Shown one piece after another: positions 20,052 through 34,601 of a stretch of 64,000 nt of DNA (position 1 is the first letter of the stretch; each line of letters starts with the position of its first letter). The notes under the pieces were generated by a model that did no database searches, was not told the DNA's origin, and worked only from the letters and a program-made list of their open reading frames with translations. The stretch is from positions 52,452,001 to 52,516,000 of the forward strand of contig OZ076411.1 of NCBI GenBank assembly GCA_964187785.1, written 5' to 3'. Source of the stretch: Amphiscolops sp. MND2022 (Eukaryota). The position numbers and the translations under genes are program-made.

Positions 20052-23000
20052 TGTATCTTTCGGAAAAAGTCGCATGTTGAAAGTAATCATTTTGATAAAT
20101 CTCAAAACACTGAAAATTAAAGAAGGGGGACCTTCTGGCTTTTTGAAATTCCAGTTTGTTTTGCAAATTATGCAAAAAATGAAGGTGGAACATCTGGAGA
20201 CATTGAAAAATATTCGGAAAAATAAAAAGATGTTTCGAACGTTTGTGGTTCAAGTTGTTGTTGAACAATTGAACAAAAAAACCCTACGCAAAAAAACTGC
20301 CCATTGCAAGAGTCGGGCACTTTTCTTCAAAAGCGTCAACTGCGAAATGAAGAACAAGGAACGTGCTAGATGAGATAAGCAATGGAGTGTTGCATTGTTG
20401 CCCTCCCATAATAGAGCCTCATAGTGCAACATTGTTCAACAAATACTTTGGAGAAGACACTTTTCACTATTGGTTCAAAATAGCTAAATAAATACCACTA
20501 CATAAAAAGAGTGACTCCAAATTGGAGTTCCTCGAGAGCCTCATCTTCTAGAAAAACCTTCGAATTACCAAATGTCACGCTTAGGAGAGTATAAAATACA
20601 TAGGAGTACATCTAAATAGATCGTTGACATTCTGTGAGCGCAGAGAATATTTTGTTGAAAATAGAAAAAGTTTTGTGGCCTAGTCTACAGAATACGAGAG
20701 TAATTCCCTTGGGCCTCGCTTTTGATGTTCTATAGATTGTGTACCGAATCTATCATTGGCTTTGCTTCATTATTAAACGGAACTGCTGCTAAAACGAACC
20801 TAAGGAAATTTGAAACTGCTCAACTCAGACTTCTTGGGGCCATTTTTCCAGGCGAATGTTTTTTTTCACAAACAACATTTGGTCCGAACACAAGATCCAG
20901 ACTATTTTAAATGTTTTATCAGATTTGATCCATGAGGTGTTGAAACAGATTATATTGGAGTCTCTGGTACAGTTCTTTACTTCACGTAAGTGCAAAGAGT
21001 GCCCTTTACCAACTCGTGGACTCCCAAGAAGCACCGTTCTCTCGGAATATTGTACGACAGTGGTCAAATTGTTGAATTTGTATTTGATACTGCAAAATTT
21101 GAAGATGACTAAAACAGAAGTCAAGTCAATCGTTGACATTATTAGTCTGTTGTATGTGGACAACAAAACGGTATTATCATTGGCTTTTTTTGAAAAGAGA
21201 CAAATTTTGATTTTAGCATGATCATGCCAAAATAACTGAACTTCTACTGTAGCAATAAACAGAAAACTGATTGCTTCTATTAATTTCTTTATTCACCCAC
21301 TTATTCGGTTCTCAAGGGCAGAAATTTGGCTAGCAGTATGCTCTTTTCCTGTCCTTAGCTGGTTTCATAGTTATATCCATTTGGGATTCTTGGTTTTGTT
21401 TTTTGTATATCCAATCAAAATAATTGCTGTTATGTTGTGTTCTGTTCTGAAAAGATCCAATTCCTGCACCAGTAAACAAGTTTTTTATGGTTTTAAATTC
21501 ACAACAATACTTTGAGAATTGTCACTACAACTGTTTTGAAACTTCCAGCAGAAAATGAAGATCATGTTTCTTTTTCCCCCAACACGAAAACAACTTTAAT
21601 ATTTGAAAACGTCTTGCGCGAATGAAAGAAAATGTTATGAATAGGTACTTAAGGGATTGTCCCTAGAGTTGCTTCGACACTTGGAGCAAAAATAATCCGG
21701 ACGTTTTGGTTTTCAGGGATTCCAAAAAATGACTGAATCAAAATATTTCAGGAAATTATCCATTTCTCAGGGGACTCATTGTGAGGTATTTATTTTTTGG
21801 AAGTCTTGATTTTTGGAGATCTTGTGGTGAATTCCTGAAAAATAATTCCCGAAAAGAATTTGATTTGAGTCATCTTTTCGGAAATACAATGAAAAACATT
21901 TTCGGAAACATACATATGTATTCAGGATCCGATACATATAGTTAAGCATGCAATTATATACCCGATGGCATCAGTTTCTCATCACTTCAAGTAAAGGTAT
22001 TTTCGATTTTCAAGAATCTCTTGGTTCGATCACTTGTTAAGAAAACAAGTGGTTTTAAAGTTTTCAGGCAGAACAAGCTTGTTCGAAACACTCTTTTACA
22101 AACAGGAGTCCCGAACATTTATCTCGCAACTGTAGACTTTGTATAGAGAGTCGCCCTTATATTCGATAAAAAAATCGCTGCATTTTCAAGACTAATCAAA
22201 TTATATACTTTGCAAAATAGCAGCGGATCAGTTGGAATAGGGCGGTTTTCACACCGAAAATAGAAACTACAAGTTAAAGCAATTACGCCTTGCAAAGTTT
22301 GTCTGAAATGCTAAGTCATTACAAATGACAGTGCCAAATTTTGATTGAATTAGATAAAATCGATATTTTCAAGTTACTAAAATGATTTTATGATAATTGA
22401 TCAACCATTGTTATTCCTAGAACTAGAACAGTACTCGAAGAATTTTATTCAGTATCTCGAAGTGTGAATTTTCGAAACCAATCACTGTGGACTAATATGT
22501 GCTCAAATTAAAACTTTGTTCACGTTCCGCTGTCTGGAAACGGGAAAAGTGAACTTTTCTCACTTCCAGTCTCGTTCGAAGACAATATACTTCGCCTTGC
22601 TATGTACGCTCGTCACAGAAATGAACGGATGGGTCCGACATCCTAAACTTTTGTATGATCATCTAGTTTGAACTGATTCTAGTAGAGCTATCGTGATCAG
22701 CTATGTTCCAGATGTGGCCTTCAAAAACCGTGAAGTACCTGGATGTCACTTTGCTAGAAAGTCGGGAATTCGGAACGCTGGGGATGATTTTTTCACTGCT
22801 AAATTAAATTTGGTAATTGAAGTTTCTTGTCGTTTTCAGCCGGCGTTATTCAAAGAAAAATGAAAAACTCAAACACTTATAGTTTTTTTTCAGCTGTCAC
22901 TGTAATGATCACGTTTCACAAATATTTTAAAAAAAAAACATTTACCAGATTTTTCTGTATCTAACAACCAGAATTTTTCATCTTTCCTGGATGAACTTTA

Positions 23001-24049
23001 TTCATGACATTTTCAGATAAAAGTTGAAAACTTCGGATAAAACGCGCTCAGTTTTTCTACGTGTTTGGCCTTTACTGGTGTTTTTTCGGCTTAAAATAGT
23101 ATTTAGGAGGAATACAGTTTGTGTTGTCGTTGTTATTACAGCTCACTGCTACAGCTGTTTCAAGTCTTTGCGTCGTAAGGTTTTCCTAGGAAGAAGCCTA
23201 TTGTGTGAATTTCAAGCACGCTTTAAAGCACGCTTTTCAGCATTATATTTTTTTCATTTATCAACTAATTACTTTTTCGTTTTTCTTACATGCTGGATAA
23301 GTTTTCAAGAACGGGAAAGTTTTATCTAAAGGATTGGTTGCTGTCTTCCGTTTCTAGAAATTTGTTTGACATTATCTGCCAGTATTCCTGACGGAAAATG
23401 TTTTCGACTGATTGTTCTCGCCTTTAATGTGATTTCGCAATATTTTTGCACGAAAATCACTGAATTGACCACAGCTGCAGACTCCACAATTTAAACTCCT
23501 GTACAACAGAGAACCTAGTCCTTAAATTAGAATTTGTCACAGATTCCTTTCTCTTCTTTTCAAGGACGACTGTTGAAGTTTTTTGACAGCTACTTAATTC
23601 AGTGTTGTCATTTTATGTTCATCAATTTTCCTTTCTGTCTTATTCTGACAGTCATAATAACAATCATTCATTTTGGGACCATTATTTTCCATCAAAGGAC
23701 TCTGCGGAGGAAAAATTTAACCTTTTCATTTTCCGCCCATATATAAAAAAAACAATGTATTTCCTACTTAAAATAGTATAAAAAATGCATTTCTATTTCA
23801 AGAGGCAGTGTACAACATAATTGATAGAAAAACTAATTGAAGAGTAAAAAGGGGGTGATTATGGGGACGAATTATGTAAAACGGTAAACACTCCAACATT
23901 TTATTCCATATTGTGGTCGGTCTATTTCACTTTCGTATCTTTGAAAAAGAAAAGAATTGGTTCTTTTTTTCACTGTTTCGTATGAAATTTTCTCTATCAT
24001 TTTTCTCGGTAGAGTGTTCCACAAGGGTTATGTTCTTTTGAAGAAACAA

Positions 24050-26785
24050 TTGCGCAGAAAATTAGACCTTATTGTCATATCTGAGTACTCAATTTGTGTT
24101 CTTTTATGAGTCTTTGTCGCAGCAGTCGGTAAATGTAGTTTTCTATTAAACGCTGGAATTAGGCTGTTTTATATTTCTAAAGGTATAAAAGGCACTTGTA
24201 ATCTAAAAAATGTCGAACAGGAAGGATTTTATGTCGAATTTTGAGATCTGTTGAATGGTCAAATTTAGTTCAATTGAAACAAGCTTTAATTCCCCAATTC
24301 AATTGTTCTTCGAGAGTTGTAATCAAGTTTTCACTGATACCAGTTAATAGGATAGAAGAATAATGTAGGTGACTTAAAACTAAGACATTGAGTAATAATA
24401 ATCGTGTCGCAGTTGGAAAAATATCGCGTATAGAATACAATGTTTTGATGCCGGTAGCCATTTTCCGGAGGATGTTTTTCACTTCATCTCGAAAATCCAA
24501 ATTCTGATCCAGATAAACACCAAAATATTTCACAGTTTTTGATGTATTGATAATTTGATTTTTAACCTTGATGGTATGACTTCCGGCAAATGTGTTTTTG
24601 GATGGTTTACAAAAACAAATAAATTCAGTTTTGTTCGCATTGATTGTTAATTGGTGACTCTCGAAAAAATCGACAAGTCTTTCTATTGTTTGCTGTAATT
24701 TATTGCGAGCTGTCGTCAAATCATTATGTGAACTAAAGATCATAGTATCATCATCATATTGAAATAAATTACAATTTTCCATGACAGATTGTTGCATGTC
24801 ATTAACGTAGATGTTGAAGAGAAGTGGTCCGAGAACTGTCCCTTGTGGGACACCTTGGTATAGTTGAATCCAATCTGAGCTACATGTGGATAATTTAACC
24901 ATTTGGTATCTTCCAGTCAAAAAACTCTTTATCATTTTGATGGCCTTTTCATCGAAATTGAGATGATGTAATTTTTCCAAAAGGATTTCATGAGACATCG
25001 AATCGAATGCTTTGGTCCAAAAAAGCTGCTGCTGTGCATCGATTGTCATCTAGATCCTTTCTCATATTTTCCGTAGCGTATAGTGAAGCATCCGTTGTTG
25101 AATATTTTGCTCGGAATCCAAATAGCAATAGGCCGAGTAAATTGTTCCTTTCAAGGTACTCGTTCATTTGCTCTCTTAGGATTTGTTTAAAAACTTTTGC
25201 AAGTGAAAATGTGATTGATTTTGGTCGGTAATTATCAGGATCTTCATTATCACCTTTCTTATAGATCGGTATAACATGTGTTTGTTTTAGATGTTCTGGA
25301 AATTTACCTTCTTCAATAAAACACTTATCATTCAACATAAACTCAGACAATCTTTCAACGCCCAAGCCGGGATGTTAGATGGGCCTAACGGTTTGTTCTT
25401 ATTTAAACGTTTCAAATGTTTTTTGCATTCAAATAAGCTTATGGGCTGAAGGCTGAAGTTTTTATTATTGATTTTTATCTCTTTCGAGATATTATTCATA
25501 TATTGTCTAGTATTTCTGTTTTTGTCCGTTTGCTATTCCTGGTCTCGTTAATGAAATTCCATCTGTCACGTTCAGATTTCAGATTATTGAAACATTTAAA
25601 CTGAAAATCTGAACGAATAGAGTTAATATTCTCAATCAGGTCATTTTGAATTTGTTGGTAAGTTAAGGACTGGGTGGTTAAGTTAAGTTTTGGGTGGTTT
25701 CATGCAAGAGTCAATTTTCCGGTGTTCCATTGTTATCTTGCTTTTATCGTTCCTAATGAAAACTGTTGTTTTTGGGTGCACATTGCTGCAATGCTTTTTC
25801 TAGAATATCCGCGAAAACCGTAACTTTCCTTCAGCACAAGTTTGATTATAAAACAAACACCAATTGCTATTACTGATAAAACTTCTTAGTTCTTCGACTC
25901 TGTATTCTGTTTTCTTGAAAATTTCATCAATATTAACATTTGGAGGTTTATGCATTTTAATTTCCGTAATGATTGATGTCGCAAAATGATTGCTCATTTT
26001 TCCCTGGATTGTTCTAAGAGGGGTATCGGATATATAGGTTCGTTTCAATTCAGGTAGATCTATATTGATATAGCCGAGAAGAGAGTTGCAATTGCCTGAT
26101 ATTCTTGTAGGTATAATATTATTTGTGATGTTCATTCCATAAGGTACCATAATTGTGTCTAAACTTTCTTTTTCTTTTTTATTGAGGTGATCCAAGTTGT
26201 AGTCTCCCATAAAGGTTATGGGTTTTTTTCAGTTATCGCATAATCTATGCTGGTTGACAATTCTTCTAGAAAAGTTTTGGGAAGAGCTTTGTTGGGATTA
26301 TAACTCACATTTATCAGTTGTTTTTTCTTAATGGATACATCATTGTTGATATTGCACTCTATCCATACACTTTCAAAATCAAGCTCATTTGTGTGAACCA
26401 AATCTCTTCTTAACTTTGGTTGAGATTTTTTGGCACAATTATCATTGCTCCACCGCCTCTCATTTTCTTGATAAGTTTGCGGTTGGCTCGGAATGTTTTG
26501 AAGTGTCTTTTTTCAATTGCCAAAACGTTTCATCGTCACATTTTTTTAGCCACGTTTCAGTGAATCCATAAATACAATTTTCTCCAAGATCGCTAATAAT
26601 GGATTCCATCTGTGTTTTTTGTGCAACATGCTCTGACAGTTTACATGGAAGAATTTAAGTTGCTTCTTATTTCTGGCGAATTGTTCAGTTGAAAACTTGA
26701 AATTAATAGGTGGACCAGGATTTAACTCAACATCGCCGGATAGAAGCAGGCGTTGATTATATCTGATTATTCCTTTCCTTTTCAT
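24050..26785 (-). pseudogene. Decayed CR1/L2-group LINE ORF2 (2A-like motif, AP endonuclease, RT)
   Basis: Frameshifted fragments LLLSGDVELNPGP, FFHVNCQS, MGDYNLD, NYRP, GVPQGTVLGPLLFNIYVND, YDDDT. Boundaries approximate. Confidence 0.88.
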
Positions 26786-27599
26786 ATGGGAAAGGAAAAT
26801 AAATCTCTCAGCCTCGTTTTTTCTTTGGATTTGCCATGTTCCTACTTTATACCGAATCCAAAAGCTCTTCCGCAGAATTTAGAAATCATAAATTTAGGCT
26901 CGTGGCATATTCATTTGTCGAAGTATTCGAATTTCATCTCTCAAAAAATGCCTAAAGTAGAAAGGGCTCTTTTTCCTTTTCCCCCACACTATTTAAAGAA
27001 AACAAACTCAACATAAAGGATTATATTTGACTATATCATTCAATATTTCTTCGAATAAGTCTCTTCCTTTGTTTTGTTGTCTCCACACTATTAGAGTAGT
27101 TTTCCGCTGGAACAAAACATTGTTCACACTATTTGACTAATTATGTTCGTATTGAGTGTTTATTGATGACTCAAAACAGGAAGCTGTTGATTTCTTCAAC
27201 AAAAATGCGTAACTACATAGGGAAAAAGTGTGAACAAAGTTTGTATCTGAATCCTAAACTATCACCCTGAGAATAAATTTAGAACTGAACTGTTTGATTG
27301 GAAACGCAATTGAGATATAATTAATTGCAAAAACATCATTTTTAAAAGTGTGGGGAAAAGGAAAAAGTTCCGTAGAAAGTCCCCCAGAATGCCACTGAAA
27401 TATTCAAGTTTCATATTTTGAAGGTATCATGCAATTTTTGAATGTTTTCGTGGGTATGAAAAACCACAGAATTAAACAAAGACTTGGCATTCGTTTCAAT
27501 AGAAAAATTGGGGACTTTTTGAATAGTGCTGAAAAACTAACTTACAGTTTTGAACTTTTTGAATGAGTTTCATTCCAGTTAGGTAAGAAAGCTGTCTCT

Positions 27600-28720
27600 T
27601 CACACGTTAATTGACGATGAACGTTGATAAGTTGCATAAATTATTACCGAAAAAACTGGAATCAAGACATCATAAGAAAATTTCATGTGAAATAAAAAGA
27701 TTGTCAAACACAATGGTGATGCGCCCTACTACTACTACCCAGGAAGTGCCCAATCTTATCCACAGGATGACCAATAAGCAGGGTACTGATCTTAGTGGAA
27801 TTGGCAATGCTATTCTGAGGTGCTGCTCACCAATAATTGAACCGTACCTTTGCGACCTCATTGGCCGGTCTGTCGAGAACAAGGTTTCTCCAAAATGTCT
27901 GAAAGTTACAAAAGTTAGAGCCTTTACACTAAAAACAATTTGTTCGCTGAAAATCAATATGGGTTCAGATCAAATAGGAATTGTGTCCAAGCAATTTGCG
28001 AAGAAACAGACTATATCAGAGAAGTGGGTTCGAGAGGAAATTCTTGTTTCATTGACCTTAAAAAGCATTTGACACACTCGATCATACCACTTTACAAAAT
28101 AAGTTGGAGCGGTACGGATTCAGAGGCCCCAAAAATAAATTGATAGAAAATTATCTAGAAACGATATGGCAATACATTACAGAATGTGGAAGATATCCAT
28201 GATTTCTGAAAAGATGTAATCGACCAAAAATCAAAAAGTGGTTCGACGTTTATACATTAACAGTTAATATCGATAAATGTGAAACAATAAACTTCCGGAG
28301 TGCACTGCCTGTGGATCAAACTGCTTTTTGAACTGAAATTCCTACGAAGATCACATCTAAATACTTGGGTATTACCTTGAACCAAAAATTGGCATTCAAA
28401 GGGTACGTTGATTACCTTACTAAAATTGAATAAAGTTTCTGGTTAATATACAAAATAAGAGACAGATTTCCTATGAGATGCTGTTTTGTTTTATAGTTTT
28501 TGTGCAAAATCGGTAATCAACTATGAGCTGCTAGCATATGGTGCAACCTCAAAAGAAACACAATTGATTGAAATTTCACGGCGGAGGGTTTTAAGAGCAA
28601 TTGTCTGCATAAAGCTTTGGGATTCGTTACAATCGATACTTTCTAAACCTAATTTTATTTCTGTTCATGAGTTGTACATCTCTGATGTAATAACTGATTT
28701 TCATAGACAGCTATAGACAA
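27600..28720 (+). pseudogene. Highly decayed LINE RT fragment
   Basis: Fragments CCSPIIEPYLCDLI, ENQYGFRS, CFIDLKK and KYLGITL in shifting frames. Confidence 0.7.
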
Positions 28721-31700
28721 CATCTTGCTATGTTAAGTAATAACTACGTGAGGAGACAATAATTAGGTTTTCGACCTTTTTTGTTGACAGAAAACCACCT
28801 AATGAGTGAAAAATCATTATCAATGAAACGTTTCTATGCGTTTCTGGCTCAATTTTTCTTTCTCCATCGACATCCGTAGCTACTGCGTCGCAAGCCGAGG
28901 TATTTAGAAGAGCCGAAAGACTCCTTCCTCATCCTTTCAGCTGCAGCTTTAATGATGAAGCTTACAGTCTACAGATAAATTAATTTAACCTTTAACCTTA
29001 ATCTCCATTCTTCAGGACGGAAATTGTTCCGCTGCTAAGCGGGCGTCTCGGAAAAGAAATGAATGCACGGAAAGATTGATTCTTAAGGCAAAAAAAAACA
29101 TTTTCAAAGTTCAACCGAACAATAAAATGAATTGGACGCCATGTTGAGTTTTTTAAAGTTAAGCTCTTTTTGGTATTCACGCAGATTTTCATTCAATCTT
29201 TCCAGGAATTAGCGGGGTCCTGGCGGGAATGCCAAGATGTCTTGAAGGATGATCCGTTTTTTTGTGTTAGAATCTTCCGACAGGTGTCCTAGTATTCGAC
29301 ATTCCAATGGAATAGCTGAAATGAAAACTGTCGAGAAGAAAAAAAATCTGAAGATCTTGCCAAGAAGTCCGGGAATGCGGGCCCTTGTCAAGAAATCTAC
29401 GACACCAGAAATCTAGGCAGGGTTGCCAAGATTACCAGGAGAGTTCCAGGAGGATCTTGTCAAAAATTCCAACATGTCAAACGCTGGGTGGAATTTGACG
29501 AAGTGCACATATCACGAAACGGCTCCATGGGTCTCAAAGTTAACAAAGTTTATATTTTTCTTCATGTCAATAAGTCTGCGAAACTGTCAGCAAAGAAGAA
29601 AAGATGACAGTGATAAAAAAGGCAGATAATCTTCAAAAGAGAAATGAACTTCTAGTACTTTTCACATTAGAGTGCGACTGATGAAAGGTGACAATTTCAA
29701 TATCTGACGATCTATCTCTCAGTTCAAGCAATCTGTTTAATGTTAACCTGCTTGCCAAATTTGCTTCGGAGAAAGCATGATCCGATTTTCACTGAGATTA
29801 TTAGTAATTGATTCTAATTTATCTGACCAAGGACGAAAACGTAAATCAAGTTAAGGAGCACTTAAAAGAATCAGAAAAAGCGTTTTCATATCGATTTGAT
29901 ATGAAAAACAATATGTCCTGTTATGGAGTCAAAAATCTTGATCGCGTTGATTTCGTTGCTTCATTATGCAGGTATTTTTACAACTATAGACAAACTACAT
30001 ACTGAATAATTCATTCATCAGAGACTGCTCAGCAGTTCAATTCAATTGTGTGATTCGGCGACAGAGGTTAGCTTTCCAAACTGCATTGCTTAAAAATAAA
30101 AAAATAGATTCGGATTAAGAACAGATATCTCAGTAAACGACCGAATTTTGATGTACGTAGAGTTTTTGACAACTTCCGTTACTATAGGCCTCACTTTAAG
30201 TGAACTTTTCAACAATCCAACAAAAATAAAACGAAGTTTAGTGTTAATGAAGTAACTCAATTCTCGCGAAGCACAAGGTTTCTATAGAAAAACTCCAGTT
30301 GTCATTCTGATCTATTTCTCTTTTTGACATTGCTAATTTAAGCTCCCTGCAGAGAAAAAACAGTCAACAATTCAACTTTTTCTGTCGGAAAGTTAGGTTT
30401 TCAAAAATTAACAAGATCTTTTTCCGAATAAAAGCTCATGCATGTCGGTAAGCTAGTATCTTCTGTTTCGGATAAATTTGGAACAGATAATCGAATCAAA
30501 AAAGGCTGAAGATTTTTGGATACCAGGAATATTACTGTAACCTCAAACTGTCTACTTTTTTTCAGTACAAATTATCGTACGATACTGGATAATTCAGATG
30601 TTTTGTTCGGCAGTGACTGTAAGCGTGGGAATTAAATTTCTCAAGCTGCCGACGACAATTCAATTCTAGTGCGATGGAACGAGCGAGTGGTAATTATCCA
30701 TTCGTATGCTGACGTCATTGAGATGAAGCGAGCCAATGTTAATCAGCGTGATATTTGACTAACGGTGAATACATAAGGTACTTACATGAGCAATTTACTC
30801 GTGAAAAGAAAAAGATCGCGGCGGTGAAGAAGTGTTTTTAGTTTTAATTCAGATAGTGGAGGCTGCATTGTAATCCTACAAAAAGTTTCCATGCAGGCTC
30901 CCGGAATTTTCCGTTTTGTAATAGCAAGTATTTCCGTGCAGCATGTAAACATATCAGGCAATCTCGACTCGTAATTGTGCTTTCGTTGCGCCGAGTTATT
31001 GAGATGAAGCAAATGAGTGTTAATTATTCGTTCTCGGAAAGCTTCGCCTGCATTCAAATGCGAATGCGGAACTTCGTCTACGCTTAGTAGTTGTGTTTTC
31101 TTTAGTCCGAGAAGAATCAAAGGCGGTGTAAACTTGTACACTAATTAATTGTGCGCTAAATAATGATTAAACAAGAATGTATTGGTATTGGTATGATTCT
31201 ATAATTAATGAAAGATTAAAACAGAAATAGTACTGAGCCCCGGAGGGGCCTATTTTCGTAACTATTTCTCAAAACAGGAGCTTAAATTAGCAATGTCAAA
31301 AAGAGAAATAGATCAGAATCCTGAGAATTATCACCGTGGAAAACATGAAAATTCTATTGGGAACAATTATATTGAACCTCAAACAAAACCATGCATCCTT
31401 ATGTAATTTGTGTAGAAACGTGTTTCTATTTCTATAATATTGACTTGAAATTTATGAATAGGGCAGCCGTGACTTTATTCAAACGATAAAACAACCGACA
31501 ACTAATATGGAGGAAATTGTATGCACAGACTTCCATTTACTTTGACAGAAGGCTAAGTTACACTATAGTTTCATCATTCAAAGCTCGAACGACCGACCAC
31601 AGTTGAGAATAACTGTTTAACGGAAATTTTCGCCTCATTGGCACACGTAGATTTTTATTCAGGTCATTTTGCAGCGTCTGCAGCGTCCAATGTCAATTGA

Positions 31701-31734
31701 TGCTTTTCAAAAAAATCACAAATATTGTTAACGT

Positions 31735-34412
31735 TTAGTTCCAATGATTCAACTGCTGACTCAATTTTTCATTTGAGGTGAAGACCATGGTATCATCCGC
31801 GTAATGCACAACGGTGCATTTAAGATCAATACAAGTATATAAACTGTTCACGTATATGTTGAAGAGAAGACGCCCTAAAACTGTACCCTGTAGAACACCT
31901 TGATATAAATACAAGTATATAAACTGTTCACGTATATGTTGAAGAGAAGACGCCCTAAAACTGTACCCTGTAGAACACCTTGATATAATTGGATCCAATC
32001 AGAGGAGCAACTAGGAAGTATCACTTTTTGGATTCTGTATCTGAGGAAACAGTTTATCATTGATACTGCGTTGCATTCAAAATTTAGTGTTTTCAATTTT
32101 TCGAGAAGGATGTCGTGTGAGAAAGAATCAAAAGCTTTTGAAAGATCTAGGAACGCAGCGCAAAAAGTTCTTTGTCGTTAACTTTCTTACCTATGTTTTC
32201 TGTGGCATATAAGAGTGCGTCCGTAGTTGAAAATTTCCCGCTAAAACAATATTGTGTATGGCTCAGCAGTTTATGCTGCGAAAGATATTCAGATAATTGT
32301 TTTTGTAGAACTTTTTCGAACAATTTCGCTACTGCGGGAGAGTTGGGGAGATAGGCTTGTAGTTAAGGGGATTTTCGCAGCCACCTTGTTTAAAAATAGG
32401 GATTACAAATGCTGATATCAGGTGATTCGGGAACTTTGATTCTTCAAAGAATGGAATAATTAAACAAGACGGGAACGTCCCAAGTCGGCGCCATATCTTA
32501 GGCTCAAAAATATTCAAGGAACAACTATTGGAAAAATTTGGAAAAAAAAATTTTTTTCAAAAAAAAAAATTTTGATTTTTTTTCGAAAAAAAGTATTTTT
32601 TAGGTCGCACAATGCCGAAAAACTCATTAAAAAATTTATGGTTTAGTGCGGGATTCGAACCCACGCTCTCCGGCTGGGTCGAAGATGAAAGATGAACAAA
32701 TATGAAAGATGAACAAAAATTGTAAGAAAAGTGGACCACTCAGAGTGAGATTGTCAACTGAAAAAAAAAACTACTCACTGTAAGAGTCGGGCTTTTTTCC
32801 TTAAGGGAAAAGGCGCCGACTAAAAACATAGTGGTTCAGCAAAAGTGTTTAAGCAGTCTTTCAACGCCCATGCGGGTATATTGCATGGCCTTATGGGTTT
32901 GTTATGGAAAGTTTTTAGAGGTCTCTTGCATTCAATTAGACTAAAAGGATGAAACGTGAAAAGTGCGCTAATTTTCGATTCGTGTGAGCTTTCAGTGTAG
33001 GGTTTTCCTAATTAGTCGCCTAGTTTTGAAAACCTATTATTGAGTAAATTAGCTATCTTGGTTTGGTCAGTTACGAGGTCACCGAATGAGTTCCGTAAAC
33101 TGTTTATTTCGGTTTTTGTCTTCATACAGTTACGGGCTTCATTAATAAAATTCCATTTGTCTTCATCACTTTCAAGATTGGTAAAAACTTTTATCTGGTC
33201 CTGAAATTGATTTTTTTGATATTGTCTAGAAATTGATTTTGTATTTTTTGATAGTTCACGTCATTGGGATCGATACTCAGTGTCATTTTGTTATAGAGTT
33301 TCTTAGTTTCATCAGTTGTCCACTTTTTCACTTTTTGTGGAGCCATAGTTTCTTTTTATCATTACGAATGAAAACTTTTCTTTTTTGTAAGCATTTTTTA
33401 AAAGCATTTTCAAAAATTATCAGTTAATGCTGGAAACACTCCTTCAGCGCAATTTTGATTATAGAAGTTACTCCAATCCGAATCGGAGAGATGGTTCCTC
33501 AAAATTTCAGGCCGATAACTCTGTTTATCGAAAATTTCATTTATTGTTACTCGTGCTTGAGGTTTCATTTTTATGTTTGTAATTGCCGATGTAGCACGAT
33601 GGTCCACTTCCATTTTTTAAGGTTCTTAGCGGGGTCTCAGACACGTATGTGACTGCGCCTTTAATCGTTGGCAGATCTGATATTATGTAGTCTACGAGTG
33701 ATTTTCACGTAGGTCCTATTCACAATGGCTCTGTTGTGTTGAGAATAAGAAAGCCGTAAGGAATTGTTATTGTTTCTAGGCATTGACGTTCTTTACGGTT
33801 AAAAAAAATTGTTGAAGTTGCCCATGAGAGTGATTGGTTTATTTTCAACGATAGGTTTATCGATGCTAGTTGACAATTTTTCCGGAAAAGGATCAATTAA
33901 AGATTTCAAAGGATTGTAGCTAATATTGATGAGCTGTCTGTTTTTATTTGTAGGATCGTTATTGAAAGTACATTCAATCCAAAGACTTTCAAACTGGGTT
34001 TTCTTCATGCAAGTTGGGTCGTTTCGTGGAATTGGGTTCAATGTTTTTGGTATTATAAGCATAAATCCATATCCTTTGGTTTTGTACCGAGTTTTCTTTC
34101 GAACCTAAATGTTTTGAAGCGGTCTTCGTTCAATTCCCAAAATTTTTGATGACTAGATTCTTTCAACCAAGTTTCGGATATTCCGTATACTGTGTTGTCT
34201 CCTAGGCCATTCAAGATGATCTGTATTTGTTCGTGTTTATGTACGTTACTTTGGCAATTGAAATGGGAGATCTTGGTATTCTTCGGTGCTTTTAGGAAGT
34301 CTTGCGAAAACGTTTGTAGTTTACGGTCGGTCCAGGGTTCGTTTCGATATCTTCCGAACCTTATAATCGTTTGATTATGATTGAGTAAAGACCAGTCACT
34401 TTCACGGGCCAC
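31735..34412 (-). pseudogene. Second decayed CR1/L2-group LINE ORF2, interrupted by an insertion and an 80-bp duplication
   Basis: DIETNPGP (34328-34351), HFNCQS, GISETWL, PITLMGNFN, NYKPIS, GVLQGTVLGRLLFNIYVN, YADDT. 2 x 80-bp tandem at 31828-31988. Confidence 0.87.
32464..32848 (+). mobile_element. ~385-bp non-autonomous insertion with subterminal inverted repeats (Helentron/HINE-like or TTAA-targeting)
   Basis: Interrupts LINE RT. TTAA on both sides (32460-32463, 32849-32852). AGTCGGCGCC near the left end and GGCGCCGACT at 32812-32821, preceded by a TTTTCCTTAAGGGAAAA palindrome. Confidence 0.5.
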
Positions 34413-34601
34413 TTGAACAAAAGTTTTTTCACAGTAAAGTTTAGAAATAGATTGTGGAAAGTTGGTGCTTTTAATTAGTTATATAAGACATCAGTTTCAT
34501 GGCTTGCTGGAACATTAATAGCACTAGAAACAAACTTGATCGAAACACAATAAAAAAATTAAACTGGGATGAGAAACTTCCGCCATACAATTTGCATTTC
34601 G

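Noticed and set aside
20400-24000. Short ORFs such as 20856-21221 and 23024-23329
   Set aside because: No motifs or splice support. Only faint LINE-like traces (KYLDVTL near 22735) and degenerate inverted repeats near 21700-21900.
30786-31140. Possible host exon on the minus strand (AG...GTAAGT, 355 nt open)
   Set aside because: Splice-like ends are present, but I recognise no domain and no compatible neighbouring exons, so a gene cannot be supported.
32640-32680. tRNA gene
   Set aside because: Only a T-arm/B-box (GGGTTCGAATCCC) is present; no cloverleaf can be built.
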